A stretch of 64,000 bases of DNA from an uncultured Eubacteriales bacterium (GCA_964646425.1 CAZYEI010000001.1:4731-68730); one strand, 5' to 3'. Counted from the first letter of the stretch, positions 1-10,436 are shown. The notes: generated by a model not told the origin, from the sequence alone. Numbers and translations are program-made.

Positions 1-1127
1 TTAATTTTTCAACATAGTCTAATCTTTCCCATGTTAAATCTAAATCAAGACGTCCAAAATGTCCATGAGAACCAAGTTTTGCATAAATTGGTTTACGTAA
101 TTCTAAACGATTGATAATTCCATTAGGAGTTAAATCAAACAAATCTTTAATTGCTGTTAAAATAACATCTTTTTCAACATGTTCTGTATTAAAAGTTTCT
201 ACCATTATTGAAATAGGCTCTGCTTGTCCAATTGCATAAGATAATTGAATTTCACATTTATCTGCAAGCCCAGCAGCTACAATATTTTTAGCAATATGGC
301 GTGCAGCATAAGCAGCACTCCTATCAACTTTAGTACAATCTTTTCCAGAAAATGCGCCTCCGCCATGACGTGCACTTCCACCATATGTATCTACAATTAT
401 TTTTCTACCGGTTAAACCTACATCTCCTTCAGGTCCACCAGTTACAAATCTACCAGTTGGATTAATTAATACTTTAAAATCATCATTTAATTTATATTCA
501 TAAGCAACAGGTTTCATAATATTATCGACAATATACTTTTTAAACTCTAGTTCATTAAAATCATCATCGTGTTGAATTGACATTAATATTGTATGAATTT
601 TAGGATTTTTTTCATCTGTATAATCAATTGTAACTTGAGATTTCATATCTGGTCTAGCCCACTTAAATTCGCCAGTTTTACGTAATTTTGTAGCTCTTTC
701 AATCAATCTATTTGCTAAAAAGATTGCCAATGGCATATAAGCTTCTGTTTCATTTGTAGCATAGCCAAACATAATTCCTTGATCGCCAGCACCACCAACA
801 TCAACACCCATTGAAATATCTAATGATTGTTTTTTAATAATAACTTTTATTTCACAAGTTTTAGCATCCATACCATATGCTAAATTTGTATAACCAATAT
901 CAGAAATTGTTTTACGAGCCACCGCTTCAAAATCAACTTTAGCTCTAGTTGTAATTTCTCCACCAATTATTAATAAATTAGTAGAAGCATAACATTCACA
1001 TGCTACACGAGAATATGGATCTTGAGCTAAGCAAGCATCAAGTATAGCATCACTTACCATATCACATAATTTATCAGGATGTCCCATTGAAACAGATTCT
1101 GATGTAAATAAATGCAAATTTTTCATT
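1..1127 (-). CDS. metK: S-adenosylmethionine synthetase. The CDS continues beyond position 1, so the C-terminus is outside the window.
   Basis: The minus-strand translation from the ATG at 1127..1125 reads MKNLHLFTSESVSMGHPDKLCD..., a typical MetK N-terminus. The 3' part ...DLDLTWERLDYVEKL matches the MetK C-terminal region. The ORF track does not list it because it runs off the window edge. Confidence 0.9.
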
Positions 1128-1146
1128 ACTACCACTCCACTCCTTT

Positions 1147-1314
1147 AAAAACAAAAAACTTCCCAAGAAGGAAGTAGTAATAATAATATTTACGACTTCT
1201 TCTTATTGTTCAGATAATGATATCTGCTGGGGATAAAGCACCTTTAATCCTTTTTTGATTGGGTTGCTACCACATTATCGATTCCCTCAATCTAGTGGTT
1301 CTTAATAAGAGATG
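1147..1314 (-). promoter_or_regulatory. S-box (SAM-I) riboswitch leader of metK, with an intrinsic terminator at 1147..1174
   Basis: The minus-strand RNA reads CUCUUAUUAAGAACCACUAGAUUGAGGGAAUCGAUAAUGUGGUAGCAACC...AAGGUGCUUUAUCCCCAGCAGAUAUCAUUAUCUGAACAAUAAGAAG. A P1 helix UCUUAUU/AAUAAGA, the GAGGGA and GCAACC motifs and the AAGGUGC...CAGCAGA segment resemble the SAM-I consensus. A hairpin CUUCCuucuugGGAAG plus UUUUUUGUUUUU follows. This is the location where Firmicute metK genes carry an S-box. Confidence 0.55.
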
Positions 1315-1342
1315 TTTTTTGTTAATTCTTATTTGCCTTATT

Positions 1343-1372
1343 ATTATACTCATCAATATTTTTATTGTCAAC
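1343..1372 (-). promoter_or_regulatory. Sigma-A type promoter driving the S-box-metK transcript
   Basis: On the minus strand, TTGACA (1372..1367), an 18-nt spacer and TATAAT (1348..1343) lie about 25 nt upstream of the riboswitch P1. Confidence 0.55.
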
Positions 1373-1561
1373 ACTTAAATACATTTTTAATTCTTCCTTT
1401 TCTAATCCTGATATCTTACTCACCAAATCTTCTTCCATTCCCATTTCATAAAATATTTTTGCTAATTCTATTTGTCTTCTTTTCCTATTTTTCATTTATT
1501 ACTCACCCAATAATATTATGGGAAAAAAATCAAAATTTAAACAAAAAAGTATCTAAATATC

Positions 1562-1807
1562 TTAGATACCTTTCATTGCTTTAGCTAATTGATCAGGACA
1601 AGAGGTTTGCTTAAACCCACATTTAATGCCTTCAAGAACTTTTGCTACCTGTTCCTTATCCATTCCTTCTACTAATGCAGCAATTCCTTTTAAATTGCCA
1701 TTGCAACCACCAACAAAGATAACATTATGTACTTTGTTGTTTTCATCTAAATCAAAAGATATTTCTCTTGAACATGTTCCTTGTGTTTTATATTGAATAT
1801 GTTTCAT
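1562..1807 (-). CDS. TSCPD-domain small protein (TIGR03905-like)
   Basis: The 81-aa product contains a CNGNLKG motif and the eponymous TSCPD motif (KQTSCPDQLAKA). The Shine-Dalgarno sequence GGAGGGTGG lies upstream. Confidence 0.7.
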   Translation of the reverse strand: MKHIQYKTQGTCSREISFDLDENNKVHNVIFVGGCNGNLKGIAALVEGMDKEQVAKVLEGIKCGFKQTSCPDQLAKAMKGI

Positions 1808-1861
1808 AATAAAATACCACCCTCCCTATCTATTTTATCAAATATTAATAAAGAAATAAAG

Positions 1862-2782
1862 TTACTTACTTAATACTTTTTCCTTAGCTTTCTTTTTCCA
1901 CCAGCTTTTTTTCTTATCATGAGGAATAGAAAGCACAATTTCTTGTTCATCATTCGGTAAATCATCAACAAATTTTGATAAATCATCATCATTTAATTCT
2001 TCAAAAGAAATACTTTCATCTAACGCTTGATGAATTTCTTCCATCATTTTTATATAACTAGGATCTTGTTCAATAAATGCTTGTTTAGAATATATTTTAT
2101 AAGTCTCCTCACCTGCAATAGAAATAATCATTAGAACAATCTTTTTTATAATTAGTGCAGTTGTTATCTTTGTAGCTATTTTTTTCATCCAAAAAAATGG
2201 ATTTACAGCATTAATAATCATTGATCCTGTTTTGATTATTTTAGTTAATTTATATTTTTTTGCTTGCTGAATAACTTGGGTATTATTAACTTTTTTTGAT
2301 GTATCCACTAAACTCATAATATAAGAAATTTTTAATTTTCTTATTATTTTTAAGCCTCTATATCCCAAAAGATTATCAACTCTATTAGTAATATATCTCA
2401 TTAACATTATCGATTCATCAATCGTTAACTCCAATAAAGGCCTTTTAGAGTCTGGAAAAAATTTGGTAGCAATCGTATGAACAACACCGAAAATCGCATC
2501 TTTCATTGCATTATCCGCTAATTCTTTATTATCTGATTTACGTTGCGATAAATATTCTTCTTGATATTCATTAATAATTTCCTTAATATCAGTTTCTTTT
2601 ATTTCATTTGCTAAATTAGACTCAATAATATATTTTTTTTCTTTTAAAGTTTTTAAAACTGAATAAAGATATAGTAATCCAAAAATTAATAATCCAAATA
2701 AAACACCAGACAAAAAAATGATAAGTGAGCCTAAATTAAATTCAATATCAAAAACTATCGATAAAATTATGTCATTCATCAT
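1862..2782 (-). CDS. Hypothetical membrane protein with an N-terminal TM segment and a K/E-rich body
   Basis: A 306-aa ORF with a hydrophobic N-terminus (LIIFLSGVLFGLLIFGLLYLY). I recognise no family. Confidence 0.5.
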   Translation of the reverse strand: MMNDIILSIVFDIEFNLGSLIIFLSGVLFGLLIFGLLYLYSVLKTLKEKKYIIESNLANEIKETDIKEIINEYQEEYLSQRKSDNKELADNAMKDAIFGVVHTIATKFFPDSKRPLLELTIDESIMLMRYITNRVDNLLGYRGLKIIRKLKISYIMSLVDTSKKVNNTQVIQQAKKYKLTKIIKTGSMIINAVNPFFWMKKIATKITTALIIKKIVLMIISIAGEETYKIYSKQAFIEQDPSYIKMMEEIHQALDESISFEELNDDDLSKFVDDLPNDEQEIVLSIPHDKKKSWWKKKAKEKVLSK

Positions 2783-2808
2783 TTATTTTCTTCCTCTCTC
2801 TTTTAATT

Positions 2809-4050
2809 TTACTTAGAGTCTATATTGGCAATTGCATTTCCTGCACAGTAACCAGTAGTAAAAGCAATTTGCAAATTATAGCCACCAGTTAATGCATCTA
2901 TATCTACTAATTCACCTACTATATATAATCCTTCAATCAGTTTACTTTCCATCGTTCTTGGATTTATTTCTTTAACATCTACTCCACCACATGTTATAAC
3001 TGCTCTATCAATACTATCTAATTTATTATATCTTAATGGGAAATTTTTTAAACATTTACAAATTATTTTTCTTTCTTGAACCGTAATTGCATTAATTAAT
3101 TTTTCCCCACTTATATGCATTATATTAAAAAAAGGATTAACTAATTTATGAGGTAATAACTCTTTCATTATTTTCTTCAATGAAGCATTTTTATCCTTAG
3201 TGAATTCTTTAAGTAATCTTGCATCAATTTGTTCTTCATTTAAAGCAGGTTTTAAATCTATAAATAATTCAATCTCTCCTTGACATTTATTAATATAACT
3301 ACTCATTTTTAGACTTATCGGTCCTTCTATTCCTTTATTATAAAAATCTAATTCGCCAAAAAAAGTATATGTTTTTGTTGAAGTTTTAGCAGTCAAATTG
3401 ACATTTTTTAAATTTAAACCATCAATTTCTCTTAAAAACGCATCTTTACATTCAATTCTAACCAGTCCTGGAATAATTGGATTTATCTTATGTCCTAATT
3501 TATTTAAAAACATATATCCTTGGCCATTACTTCCTGTTGCAGGATAAGAACTTCCACCCATTGCTAATACTAATTTATCACAAGTTAATTGATTATAATT
3601 TGCTTGATTATACATTATTGATAAAATAAATTTTCCATCTTTATATTGAATATCCTTAACTTCATTTTTATATAAAATACGCACTTTATATTTTAAACAC
3701 TCGTTAATTAAGCATTTTGTAATATCACTTGCTATATAACTTTTAGGATATACTCTATTTCCTCTTTCCACTACCAATGGTGTACCGTTTTTTTCAAAAA
3801 AATCCATTGTATCGCTTGGTTTAAATTTATTTAATGCCGAATAAAGAAATTTGGGATTTGTAACAATACTTTTTACAAAAGTGTTAATATCACAATTATT
3901 AGTTAAATTGCATCTTCCCTTACCAGTTATATATATTTTCTTTCCTGCTTTCTCATTTTTTTCTAAAACCCATACTTCGTTTCCACCTTTAGCTGCTTCA
4001 ATTGCCGCCATTAAGCCACTAGCTCCTGCTCCAACAACAATAACTCTCAC
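2809..4050 (-). CDS. HI0933-family (YhiN-like) NAD(P)/FAD-binding flavoprotein
   Basis: The N-terminus carries a Rossmann motif, VIVVGAGASGLMAAIEAA, followed by KIYITGKGRCNLTN. The 413-aa length is typical of the aminoacetone-oxidase-like family. Confidence 0.8.
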   Translation of the reverse strand: MRVIVVGAGASGLMAAIEAAKGGNEVWVLEKNEKAGKKIYITGKGRCNLTNNCDINTFVKSIVTNPKFLYSALNKFKPSDTMDFFEKNGTPLVVERGNRVYPKSYIASDITKCLINECLKYKVRILYKNEVKDIQYKDGKFILSIMYNQANYNQLTCDKLVLAMGGSSYPATGSNGQGYMFLNKLGHKINPIIPGLVRIECKDAFLREIDGLNLKNVNLTAKTSTKTYTFFGELDFYNKGIEGPISLKMSSYINKCQGEIELFIDLKPALNEEQIDARLLKEFTKDKNASLKKIMKELLPHKLVNPFFNIMHISGEKLINAITVQERKIICKCLKNFPLRYNKLDSIDRAVITCGGVDVKEINPRTMESKLIEGLYIVGELVDIDALTGGYNLQIAFTTGYCAGNAIANIDSK

Positions 4051-4110
4051 AAAGAATCCCTCTTTTCGTTTATTTATTTTATCACTTCTCTATTTATAAA
4101 TAAAGATATA

Positions 4111-4146
4111 AAAAAGAAGTAGAATAGATTAATTTTTCTCTACTTC
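4111..4146 (-). terminator. Intrinsic terminator downstream of the GH5 gene
   Basis: A hairpin GAAGTAGA(4116..4123)...TCTACTTC(4139..4146) is followed on the minus strand by a U-run (plus-strand AAAAA at 4111..4115). Confidence 0.55.
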
Positions 4147-4161
4147 TTAAAAAAATATATC

Positions 4162-5553
4162 TTAGTCAGCCTCAGTTTTTCCACCAATAAATTCAGCAAC
4201 AGCAGTATATACTACATTATTTTTAGAAATTGCTTTTCTTTGATCAGTCCACTTAGTAACAATAGCTGCATATGAATCATTTTTAACATCAACTGTGTAG
4301 GCATTAAAAATATTAAATAATCCCCATGTACTATTTCCTTTTACCTTGTATGACCATGTATTCCAGTGAATATCAAATTTATTTAAATAAGCTAAACACT
4401 TTCTCCACGATTCAATTTCAGAATGCATAGTAAATTCTCCCATTAAAATTGGAATGTTTAATTCAGCAGCAACAATGCGATCGATTTTATTCTTCATTTC
4501 TCCAAATTGAACTTCAACATTATTATAATCGCTCCATGTATATTGATGATATTGATACATGACATTTTCCCAATCTCTATTTTCAGGTCTAGGCAAATTT
4601 TCAACATCCCAACAAGATGACATTATAATAGTATGGTCAAAATCAATATTTCTTATCGCTTTATACAAGCGATCAAAAAAATCATATTCCCAACTAGTAG
4701 TAACATTTCCAGTCACACTTCCTGCGGGTTCATTTAAAATATCATAGGCAGCAATCACTGGATTATCTTTATATCTTTCAGCTAGAAATTCCCATAATTC
4801 TACTGTTTTATCTCTAAGTGCATCGCCTAAATCACCATAATACCACATTCTATCTCCTCTACCAGTATCTCCAGAATGATCTTGCCCATTTTGGCTACCT
4901 GGTGCACCATGTAAATCAAGAATAATATATATTCCTCTTTTTCCAGCTTCTTCGATATAATTATCAATTTTTGCCATCGAATCTTCCCTAACTGTGAATT
5001 TTAATGCTTTAAATTCTGCTGCAGTCAAATCTTTTTTAGCCATTACTGTATAATCAGTATCCCAAACATTCATATAAGTAATCGGAAGTCTAATACTATT
5101 TAATCCTAATTCAACGCAATTATCCCAATCTTCATCAGTCCAAAAGTTATCTTCATAAATTGAAAATAATTCATAAGCCTTATCTTTGCCAAATCTCTCA
5201 GTTAAAGTATTTAAAGCATCAAGTTGACATGAAGCATTTGTCAGTGTCATCCAATTTTCTTGCACGAACAAAGAACCGATATTTGTTCCTCTTAATTGAA
5301 CTGGTTCACCAACACCCTTATTTTTCATCATTTTTGGTTTTCCATATAAATAACCAACGCTTAAGAAATCGTATTCTCCAATTGGTGTTATTTGTTTATT
5401 TGCTGAAGATTGGCTTATAGTATTTGATGTTTGATTAGAAGAACTAGTTAAACTATTAGTTGAATTTTTATTTACGCTATTATTAGAATTACATGCATTT
5501 AAAATCGGTAATAATAAAAGACTAGATAATAGAATAATAAAATTTTTTTTCAT
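4162..5553 (-). CDS. Glycoside hydrolase family 5 lipoprotein, similar to exo-beta-1,3-glucanase (GH5_9-type)
   Basis: A lipobox signal is present (LLLLPILNAC) followed by an S/N/T-rich linker. The catalytic region IILDLHGAPGSQNG...ILNEP...GEFTMHSE resembles fungal-type Exg GH5 enzymes, with an NEP acid/base residue and a GEF nucleophile. Confidence 0.75.
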   Translation of the reverse strand: MKKNFIILLSSLLLLPILNACNSNNSVNKNSTNSLTSSSNQTSNTISQSSANKQITPIGEYDFLSVGYLYGKPKMMKNKGVGEPVQLRGTNIGSLFVQENWMTLTNASCQLDALNTLTERFGKDKAYELFSIYEDNFWTDEDWDNCVELGLNSIRLPITYMNVWDTDYTVMAKKDLTAAEFKALKFTVREDSMAKIDNYIEEAGKRGIYIILDLHGAPGSQNGQDHSGDTGRGDRMWYYGDLGDALRDKTVELWEFLAERYKDNPVIAAYDILNEPAGSVTGNVTTSWEYDFFDRLYKAIRNIDFDHTIIMSSCWDVENLPRPENRDWENVMYQYHQYTWSDYNNVEVQFGEMKNKIDRIVAAELNIPILMGEFTMHSEIESWRKCLAYLNKFDIHWNTWSYKVKGNSTWGLFNIFNAYTVDVKNDSYAAIVTKWTDQRKAISKNNVVYTAVAEFIGGKTEAD

Positions 5554-5565
5554 TTTTTAAATCCC

Positions 5566-6576
5566 CTATTTCATTGAATTTCGCTTTATAAATGTTGTAG
5601 GAATTCGTACCATTTTTTCTTTATATTCAGTATCATTCAACAACATATCAATTAATAAATTAGCAGCTGTTTCTCCAATTTTTTTAGTATCTTGCCTAAT
5701 AGTTGAAATACTTGGCTTATAGTATCTAGCGTATTCAATATCATCGAAGCCAAACACTGAAACTTGTTCTGGTACTTTAATATTACTATCTTCAAGTGCT
5801 ACAATAGCTCCCATGGCCAATAAATCAGAAACAGCAAAAATAACTTCTGGCAATTTATCGCATCTATCAATCATTTTTTTCATTGCGGTATATCCACTTT
5901 CAAAATCGTAACTTTCTGATTGAGTATACCATTCATCACGATATTCAAAGTTAAATTTTTGTTGATACTTAAAAAATGAAGTAAAGCGTTCAGTAAATGA
6001 ATAAGCACTATATGGCCCCATCAACAATCCCACACTCTTTGCTCCCATTTCATGAGCATAAGCAAAAGCCTCTTTAACACCATTATTATTATCACTAATT
6101 ACTGTTAGTACGTCATCAGTTACATAATCTGTAGACACAACCCTTAGTTCACTCTGAATGATATCATCTAAAAAATTATCTGATGATTTACCAGCGGCAA
6201 TTAAGACACCGCTAATATTTCTATTGCGACAATAATCTAAATAGTTTGTCTTATAATCACCTATTTTTGAAACAATAAAAGTCATCTCAAAGCCTTTAGC
6301 TTCAATTGTTTTCTTAAAACTTTGAAGTACTGCTGAAAAGAATGGATGTTCTAATCCAATATCTAACTCTTCCGAATATAATACCCCAATTGTATTACTT
6401 ACTTTAGCTTTTAAAGTTCTTGCATTTTGATTAGGAACATAACCAACTTTTCTAGCATATTCAATAATCATTTTTCTCTTTTCTTCACTAATTCCAGGAT
6501 TATTATTAAGTGCTTTAGAAATAGTACTTGGTGCAAAATTTAATTCTCTAGCTAATTCATAAATCGTTTTTTTCAT
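5566..6576 (-). CDS. LacI-family transcriptional regulator
   Basis: An N-terminal helix-turn-helix (TIYELARELNFAPSTISKALNN) is followed by a periplasmic-binding-protein-like sugar-binding domain. It lies 12 nt upstream of the GH5 gene. Confidence 0.9.
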   Translation of the reverse strand: MKKTIYELARELNFAPSTISKALNNNPGISEEKRKMIIEYARKVGYVPNQNARTLKAKVSNTIGVLYSEELDIGLEHPFFSAVLQSFKKTIEAKGFEMTFIVSKIGDYKTNYLDYCRNRNISGVLIAAGKSSDNFLDDIIQSELRVVSTDYVTDDVLTVISDNNNGVKEAFAYAHEMGAKSVGLLMGPYSAYSFTERFTSFFKYQQKFNFEYRDEWYTQSESYDFESGYTAMKKMIDRCDKLPEVIFAVSDLLAMGAIVALEDSNIKVPEQVSVFGFDDIEYARYYKPSISTIRQDTKKIGETAANLLIDMLLNDTEYKEKMVRIPTTFIKRNSMK

Positions 6577-6694
6577 TTTGGATTTCCTCCTAAAACATAT
6601 ATACTTTATGTAATAAAGTATATCATATATTTAAAAATATTGGAAACTTTTTCCACATAATTTCTTATTTAAAGAAACATTTAAGAAATAAATC

Positions 6695-7462
6695 TTATAA
6701 ATACTCTCGATTTTTATCTAAATCTATATATTTTTCCTCATTTTTTATTTTGTAATAACGAACATAATCGACTTCCATTGTAACAGGAAAAATAGAATCA
6801 TCTATTCCTCTACTTCCACCCCATTCTCCACCTATGGCAATATTCATAATTAAGGAATATGGATGATCAAATGGCCATTCTTTGTATGTATCGTTTTCTT
6901 TTTTTAGAAGCGAATAAATTCTTATATCATCAACATAAATATCAATAAAATCTTTTGTCCATTCCAATGCATAGACATGGAATTTTTCACAAACATCTTT
7001 TACATAAACTCGACCACCTCTTTGAGTATTAAATCTATGATTGCATGTTTCGGTATGAAACCAGCAATTAATAAAATTTGAGTTATATCCAACATGTTCC
7101 ATTAAATCAATTTCACCACATGCTGGCCATCTCATTGCTCTATTTTCAGGATGACCAATAAACCATAAGGCAGGCCAAGTTCCTCTTCCTTTAGGAATTT
7201 TAGCTTTTATTTCAATTCTTCCATATTTAAAATTATATTTATCCCTTGTGTTGATAAGACAAGATGTATATTCTTTATTTTGATATTTTTCTTTTTTTGC
7301 TATCAATACTAATTTGCTATCTTTAATATAATAATTATCATTTTTATAATACTGTAATTCTTTATTCGGAGAATCTCTTCTATCAATAACTGTCCATATT
7401 TTATCATTCAAAGTATTATCATCAAAATGATCTTCAAATATCAACTCTAATTCTCTACCCAT
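6695..7462 (-). CDS. Glycoside hydrolase family 16 (laminarinase / beta-1,3(4)-glucanase), cytoplasmic
   Basis: The GH16 catalytic motif ExDxxE occurs as GEIDLMEH. The 255-aa beta-jelly-roll-sized product has no signal peptide. Confidence 0.8.
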   Translation of the reverse strand: MGRELELIFEDHFDDNTLNDKIWTVIDRRDSPNKELQYYKNDNYYIKDSKLVLIAKKEKYQNKEYTSCLINTRDKYNFKYGRIEIKAKIPKGRGTWPALWFIGHPENRAMRWPACGEIDLMEHVGYNSNFINCWFHTETCNHRFNTQRGGRVYVKDVCEKFHVYALEWTKDFIDIYVDDIRIYSLLKKENDTYKEWPFDHPYSLIMNIAIGGEWGGSRGIDDSIFPVTMEVDYVRYYKIKNEEKYIDLDKNREYL

Positions 7463-7480
7463 TTTTTGTTTCCTTTCTTT

Positions 7481-7505
7481 TAAAAAGAGGCTTTAAAAGC
7501 CTCTT
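7481..7505 (-). terminator. Intrinsic terminator or attenuator after the 968-aa lipoprotein gene
   Basis: A hairpin AAGAGGCUU...AAGCCUCUU is followed by UUUUUA on the minus strand. The GH16 RBS follows directly after it. Confidence 0.5.
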
Positions 7506-7510
7506 ACTAA

Positions 7511-10417
7511 TTAGTTTTCATTAATTGTAAATACTTCTAATGTATACATAGAATATGGATAATTACTACCTTTTTCTAAACATGTTATTTTAACATATTT
7601 CGCATTTATAATTGTTTCTAGATTGATATAATCATGTCTTTTTTCTTGAACAGGTGTTGTTCTATATTGACAAACTGTTTCCCAATTTATTCCATCACTT
7701 GAAACTTCAATATCATATTGAGCAGCATTTGCACCTTCCCAATAAACATGAAAACCATAAATAGTATATTCTTTATCTAATGTTATTGTAATAGTAGGAG
7801 CACTGCCATCATTAATATCATCTTTAGTTGCAATCCAACGTGAGCCATCATTTCCATCAATAACAGAATCTCCATTTCCTGAAGTTGCTTCAGCATTTGC
7901 GCCTAGTGATGATAAAGCAACATTTACTAAATCATATTTAACATTTTGTTCTATTGTGTAGAAAGAATTATCGGCAATTGTACTACCTAAGGCTTTAACT
8001 TTTACAGTATAATCAAACAACATTGTTAAATCGTTTTCCACAAATTTAAATTCAGTTGTAGTAGTTGTGTAAGTATTTCCATTAATAATTACTTCATATC
8101 CTATAGCATTTTCGACTATATCCCATTTAATACCATTATAATCTGCAATAACATTTGTTGGAGCATTTAATTTTGTTTCACTAATATTGACTGTAAATTC
8201 TAATGAAGATACTTTACTACGATTAATTGTAATTTTATTTGTTGTTTCGCCATTAGTATAACTAACAGCTTTAATTAAAACATTATATTCCCCATTTAAA
8301 AGTTCAGCTAAACCTAAATCTATTGTTGTATTTGTAACAATTATTTCATATTCAATCGTAGGAATTGACACAACATAATATAAGGCATTTTCAACTTCAT
8401 CCCATGATAAATATAAAGTATCATTATCATATCTAATATTTTCTGGTCCAGCAAGATGATTTTCATTGACAATAATTGTTACTTCATTACTCCAAGCTGA
8501 AGGAGTTCCCCCATTATCTGCCATTGCTCTAATTTTTGCAGTATAAGTTCCAACAGGTAAATTTAAATCCTCAATATCAACTGAATAAGCAGTTCCTGAA
8601 TCAATTTCATCATCATATGATGTATAATAAGCTCTAAAATCATCAAATCTTATTTCATATCCACGATTCCAATTTCCAGTTGTCCAATTTAATTTTCCCT
8701 CAGATACAGATAATGATGAAATCGGCAATATTTGTCCAGCACCATTTACAGAAGTAGTAAATTTTACAAAATTTGAACTTTGATGTGTTGTTCCATTTCC
8801 TACAAACTGAACTACAAAATCCATATCTTCTGCCGTTAATGATTCTGCAAGTCCATTTAATCTATAATTATATGTTCCTACTGAAATTGGAAGTTCTCGA
8901 CGTAAAACACCATTTACATATACACGAACACTTGTAGCCCCTTCATACGCATTTGTATCCCATGAGAAAGAACTAACATTTTGAGTAATATAAGGATCTG
9001 CAACTTTTGGTAATTCAGAAATTGTTCCAAATTGAGTATTGCTTTCTCCCATTGCAATATAACCAACAATATCACCAGTTAATACATTAATTTTAACATT
9101 ATATTTTGTATCTATTGGCATACCATAATCAGCATATACGAATTCATTTGTAGTAACAATAAATACTTTATCTAAATCAGTAAATGTAATTTCATATCCC
9201 GTTGCAATATCAATTGCATCCCATGTTGCCTTTTTAGAATCTAATTTAACATTTTTAATTTCTAAATATTTACTTAATAATTCATCTAATTTATTTTTTA
9301 ATTCATCTGCATTATCTAATTCATTAAATATATTTTTTTGTGTTTCAGTTAAATTATCTAATTTAGTATTTACAGCATCAATGCGTGCTTTATCTTCCAA
9401 TGTAGCATTACCAAATGTAGGTAATTCTTCGATTAAATTAGCAATATATGCAACAACAGCACCATCATCTGCTGCAACTTGATAATCAAAAGAAATTGTT
9501 GTAGAAGCATTTCCAACTTGAATTGTAGCAGTTAGAACAAGAGTCCATTGCTCAGGTTTAGCTGGAAGAGTAATAATTGTATCATTAATAACTACATCAT
9601 CATCATTTGCTGACCATGAGATAATAGCATCATAATTTCCACTTATTAAAACTGATAAATTTTTATTATCGATTAATTCAGGCTTTATAAGGCTATCAGC
9701 AACTTTATTTACTCGTAGCAAATCATTTGCAATTATTTCATATACAAAATCAATACTATTTGTTATTGATCCTTTACTAATTGTAGCAGTTAATGTAAAT
9801 GTTGTGCCATCAAGAAAAGCATCTTCAGAGACATTTAAAATATTATCCTCAATAGTTGCATAATCATTTTGTGAAATTGTCCATTCAATTGAAACATCAT
9901 ATTTATTATCTAAAGTAATTAAAGTAACTCGAGTATTGTTATAATCTATTTCAGGCTTAGCAAGTACACCTTTAACTAAATCAATCTTTTCTTGTTCAGT
10001 ATAACCATAAACGATAGGCTTAAATTCAACCTTATGAATACCAGTCCCTTTATATTCATAAGTTGCCGTTAAGATAACAGTTGTATCATTAAGTGGTTTT
10101 GTAAATTTACCAGTTTCTGAAATTACACTTGTATTTTGAGAATGCCATGAAATTTCAATATTATATCCCTCTATTGAAGTAGGTAATGTAATATCACAAT
10201 CCACAACGTTTGGAATATAGCCTTTAATTATTTCATCAATTTTTGCCATTGTTTCACCAATATTTTCTACACTTATTGAACTAGATGGCTTATTAGTAGA
10301 ACTATTTATACTAGGTACAGAACTTGAATTTGGAATAGGTTTCGAATTATTTTCTCCACCACAAGCAGCAAGAACAAAACACATACTAGCAACTAGAAAT
10401 TTTAAATGCTTATTCAT
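7511..10417 (-). CDS. Large multi-domain surface lipoprotein with Ig-like/FN3-like repeats and a C-terminal F5/8 type C (discoidin) domain. It probably binds glycans.
   Basis: A lipobox is present (FVLAACGG) followed by an S/N-rich linker and repeated beta-sandwich segments. The C-terminal region ...NAEATSGNGDSVIDGNDGSRWIATK...YIKITCLEKGSNYPYSMYTLEVF is typical of a discoidin/F5_F8_type_C domain. Confidence 0.65.
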   Translation of the reverse strand: MNKHLKFLVASMCFVLAACGGENNSKPIPNSSSVPSINSSTNKPSSSISVENIGETMAKIDEIIKGYIPNVVDCDITLPTSIEGYNIEISWHSQNTSVISETGKFTKPLNDTTVILTATYEYKGTGIHKVEFKPIVYGYTEQEKIDLVKGVLAKPEIDYNNTRVTLITLDNKYDVSIEWTISQNDYATIEDNILNVSEDAFLDGTTFTLTATISKGSITNSIDFVYEIIANDLLRVNKVADSLIKPELIDNKNLSVLISGNYDAIISWSANDDDVVINDTIITLPAKPEQWTLVLTATIQVGNASTTISFDYQVAADDGAVVAYIANLIEELPTFGNATLEDKARIDAVNTKLDNLTETQKNIFNELDNADELKNKLDELLSKYLEIKNVKLDSKKATWDAIDIATGYEITFTDLDKVFIVTTNEFVYADYGMPIDTKYNVKINVLTGDIVGYIAMGESNTQFGTISELPKVADPYITQNVSSFSWDTNAYEGATSVRVYVNGVLRRELPISVGTYNYRLNGLAESLTAEDMDFVVQFVGNGTTHQSSNFVKFTTSVNGAGQILPISSLSVSEGKLNWTTGNWNRGYEIRFDDFRAYYTSYDDEIDSGTAYSVDIEDLNLPVGTYTAKIRAMADNGGTPSAWSNEVTIIVNENHLAGPENIRYDNDTLYLSWDEVENALYYVVSIPTIEYEIIVTNTTIDLGLAELLNGEYNVLIKAVSYTNGETTNKITINRSKVSSLEFTVNISETKLNAPTNVIADYNGIKWDIVENAIGYEVIINGNTYTTTTTEFKFVENDLTMLFDYTVKVKALGSTIADNSFYTIEQNVKYDLVNVALSSLGANAEATSGNGDSVIDGNDGSRWIATKDDINDGSAPTITITLDKEYTIYGFHVYWEGANAAQYDIEVSSDGINWETVCQYRTTPVQEKRHDYINLETIINAKYVKITCLEKGSNYPYSMYTLEVFTINEN

Positions 10418-10436
10418 ATTATTCCTCCTAAAAAAC

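Noticed and set aside
1322-1495. 57-aa minus-strand ORF (MKNRKRRQIELAKIFYEMG...) with a weak SD
   Set aside because: It encloses the consensus -35/-10 of the metK S-box transcript and is too short to show recognisable homology, so it stays a low-probability candidate. I mention it under findings.
1312-1584. 90-aa plus-strand ORF, rich in F, Y and L, in the metK-TSCPD intergenic region
   Set aside because: It has low-complexity AT-rich composition and no SD. It overlaps the S-box promoter region and a better minus-strand candidate, so I treat it as spurious.
6577-6694. Near-palindromes TGGAAAAAGTTTCCA upstream of the LacI-family gene and GGAAATGTTTCC at about 10553
   Set aside because: Their spacer lengths differ from each other and from the GAAATCGnTTTC sites. 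GAAA/TTTC half-sites are frequent by chance in AT-rich DNA. This is too weak to call an operator.
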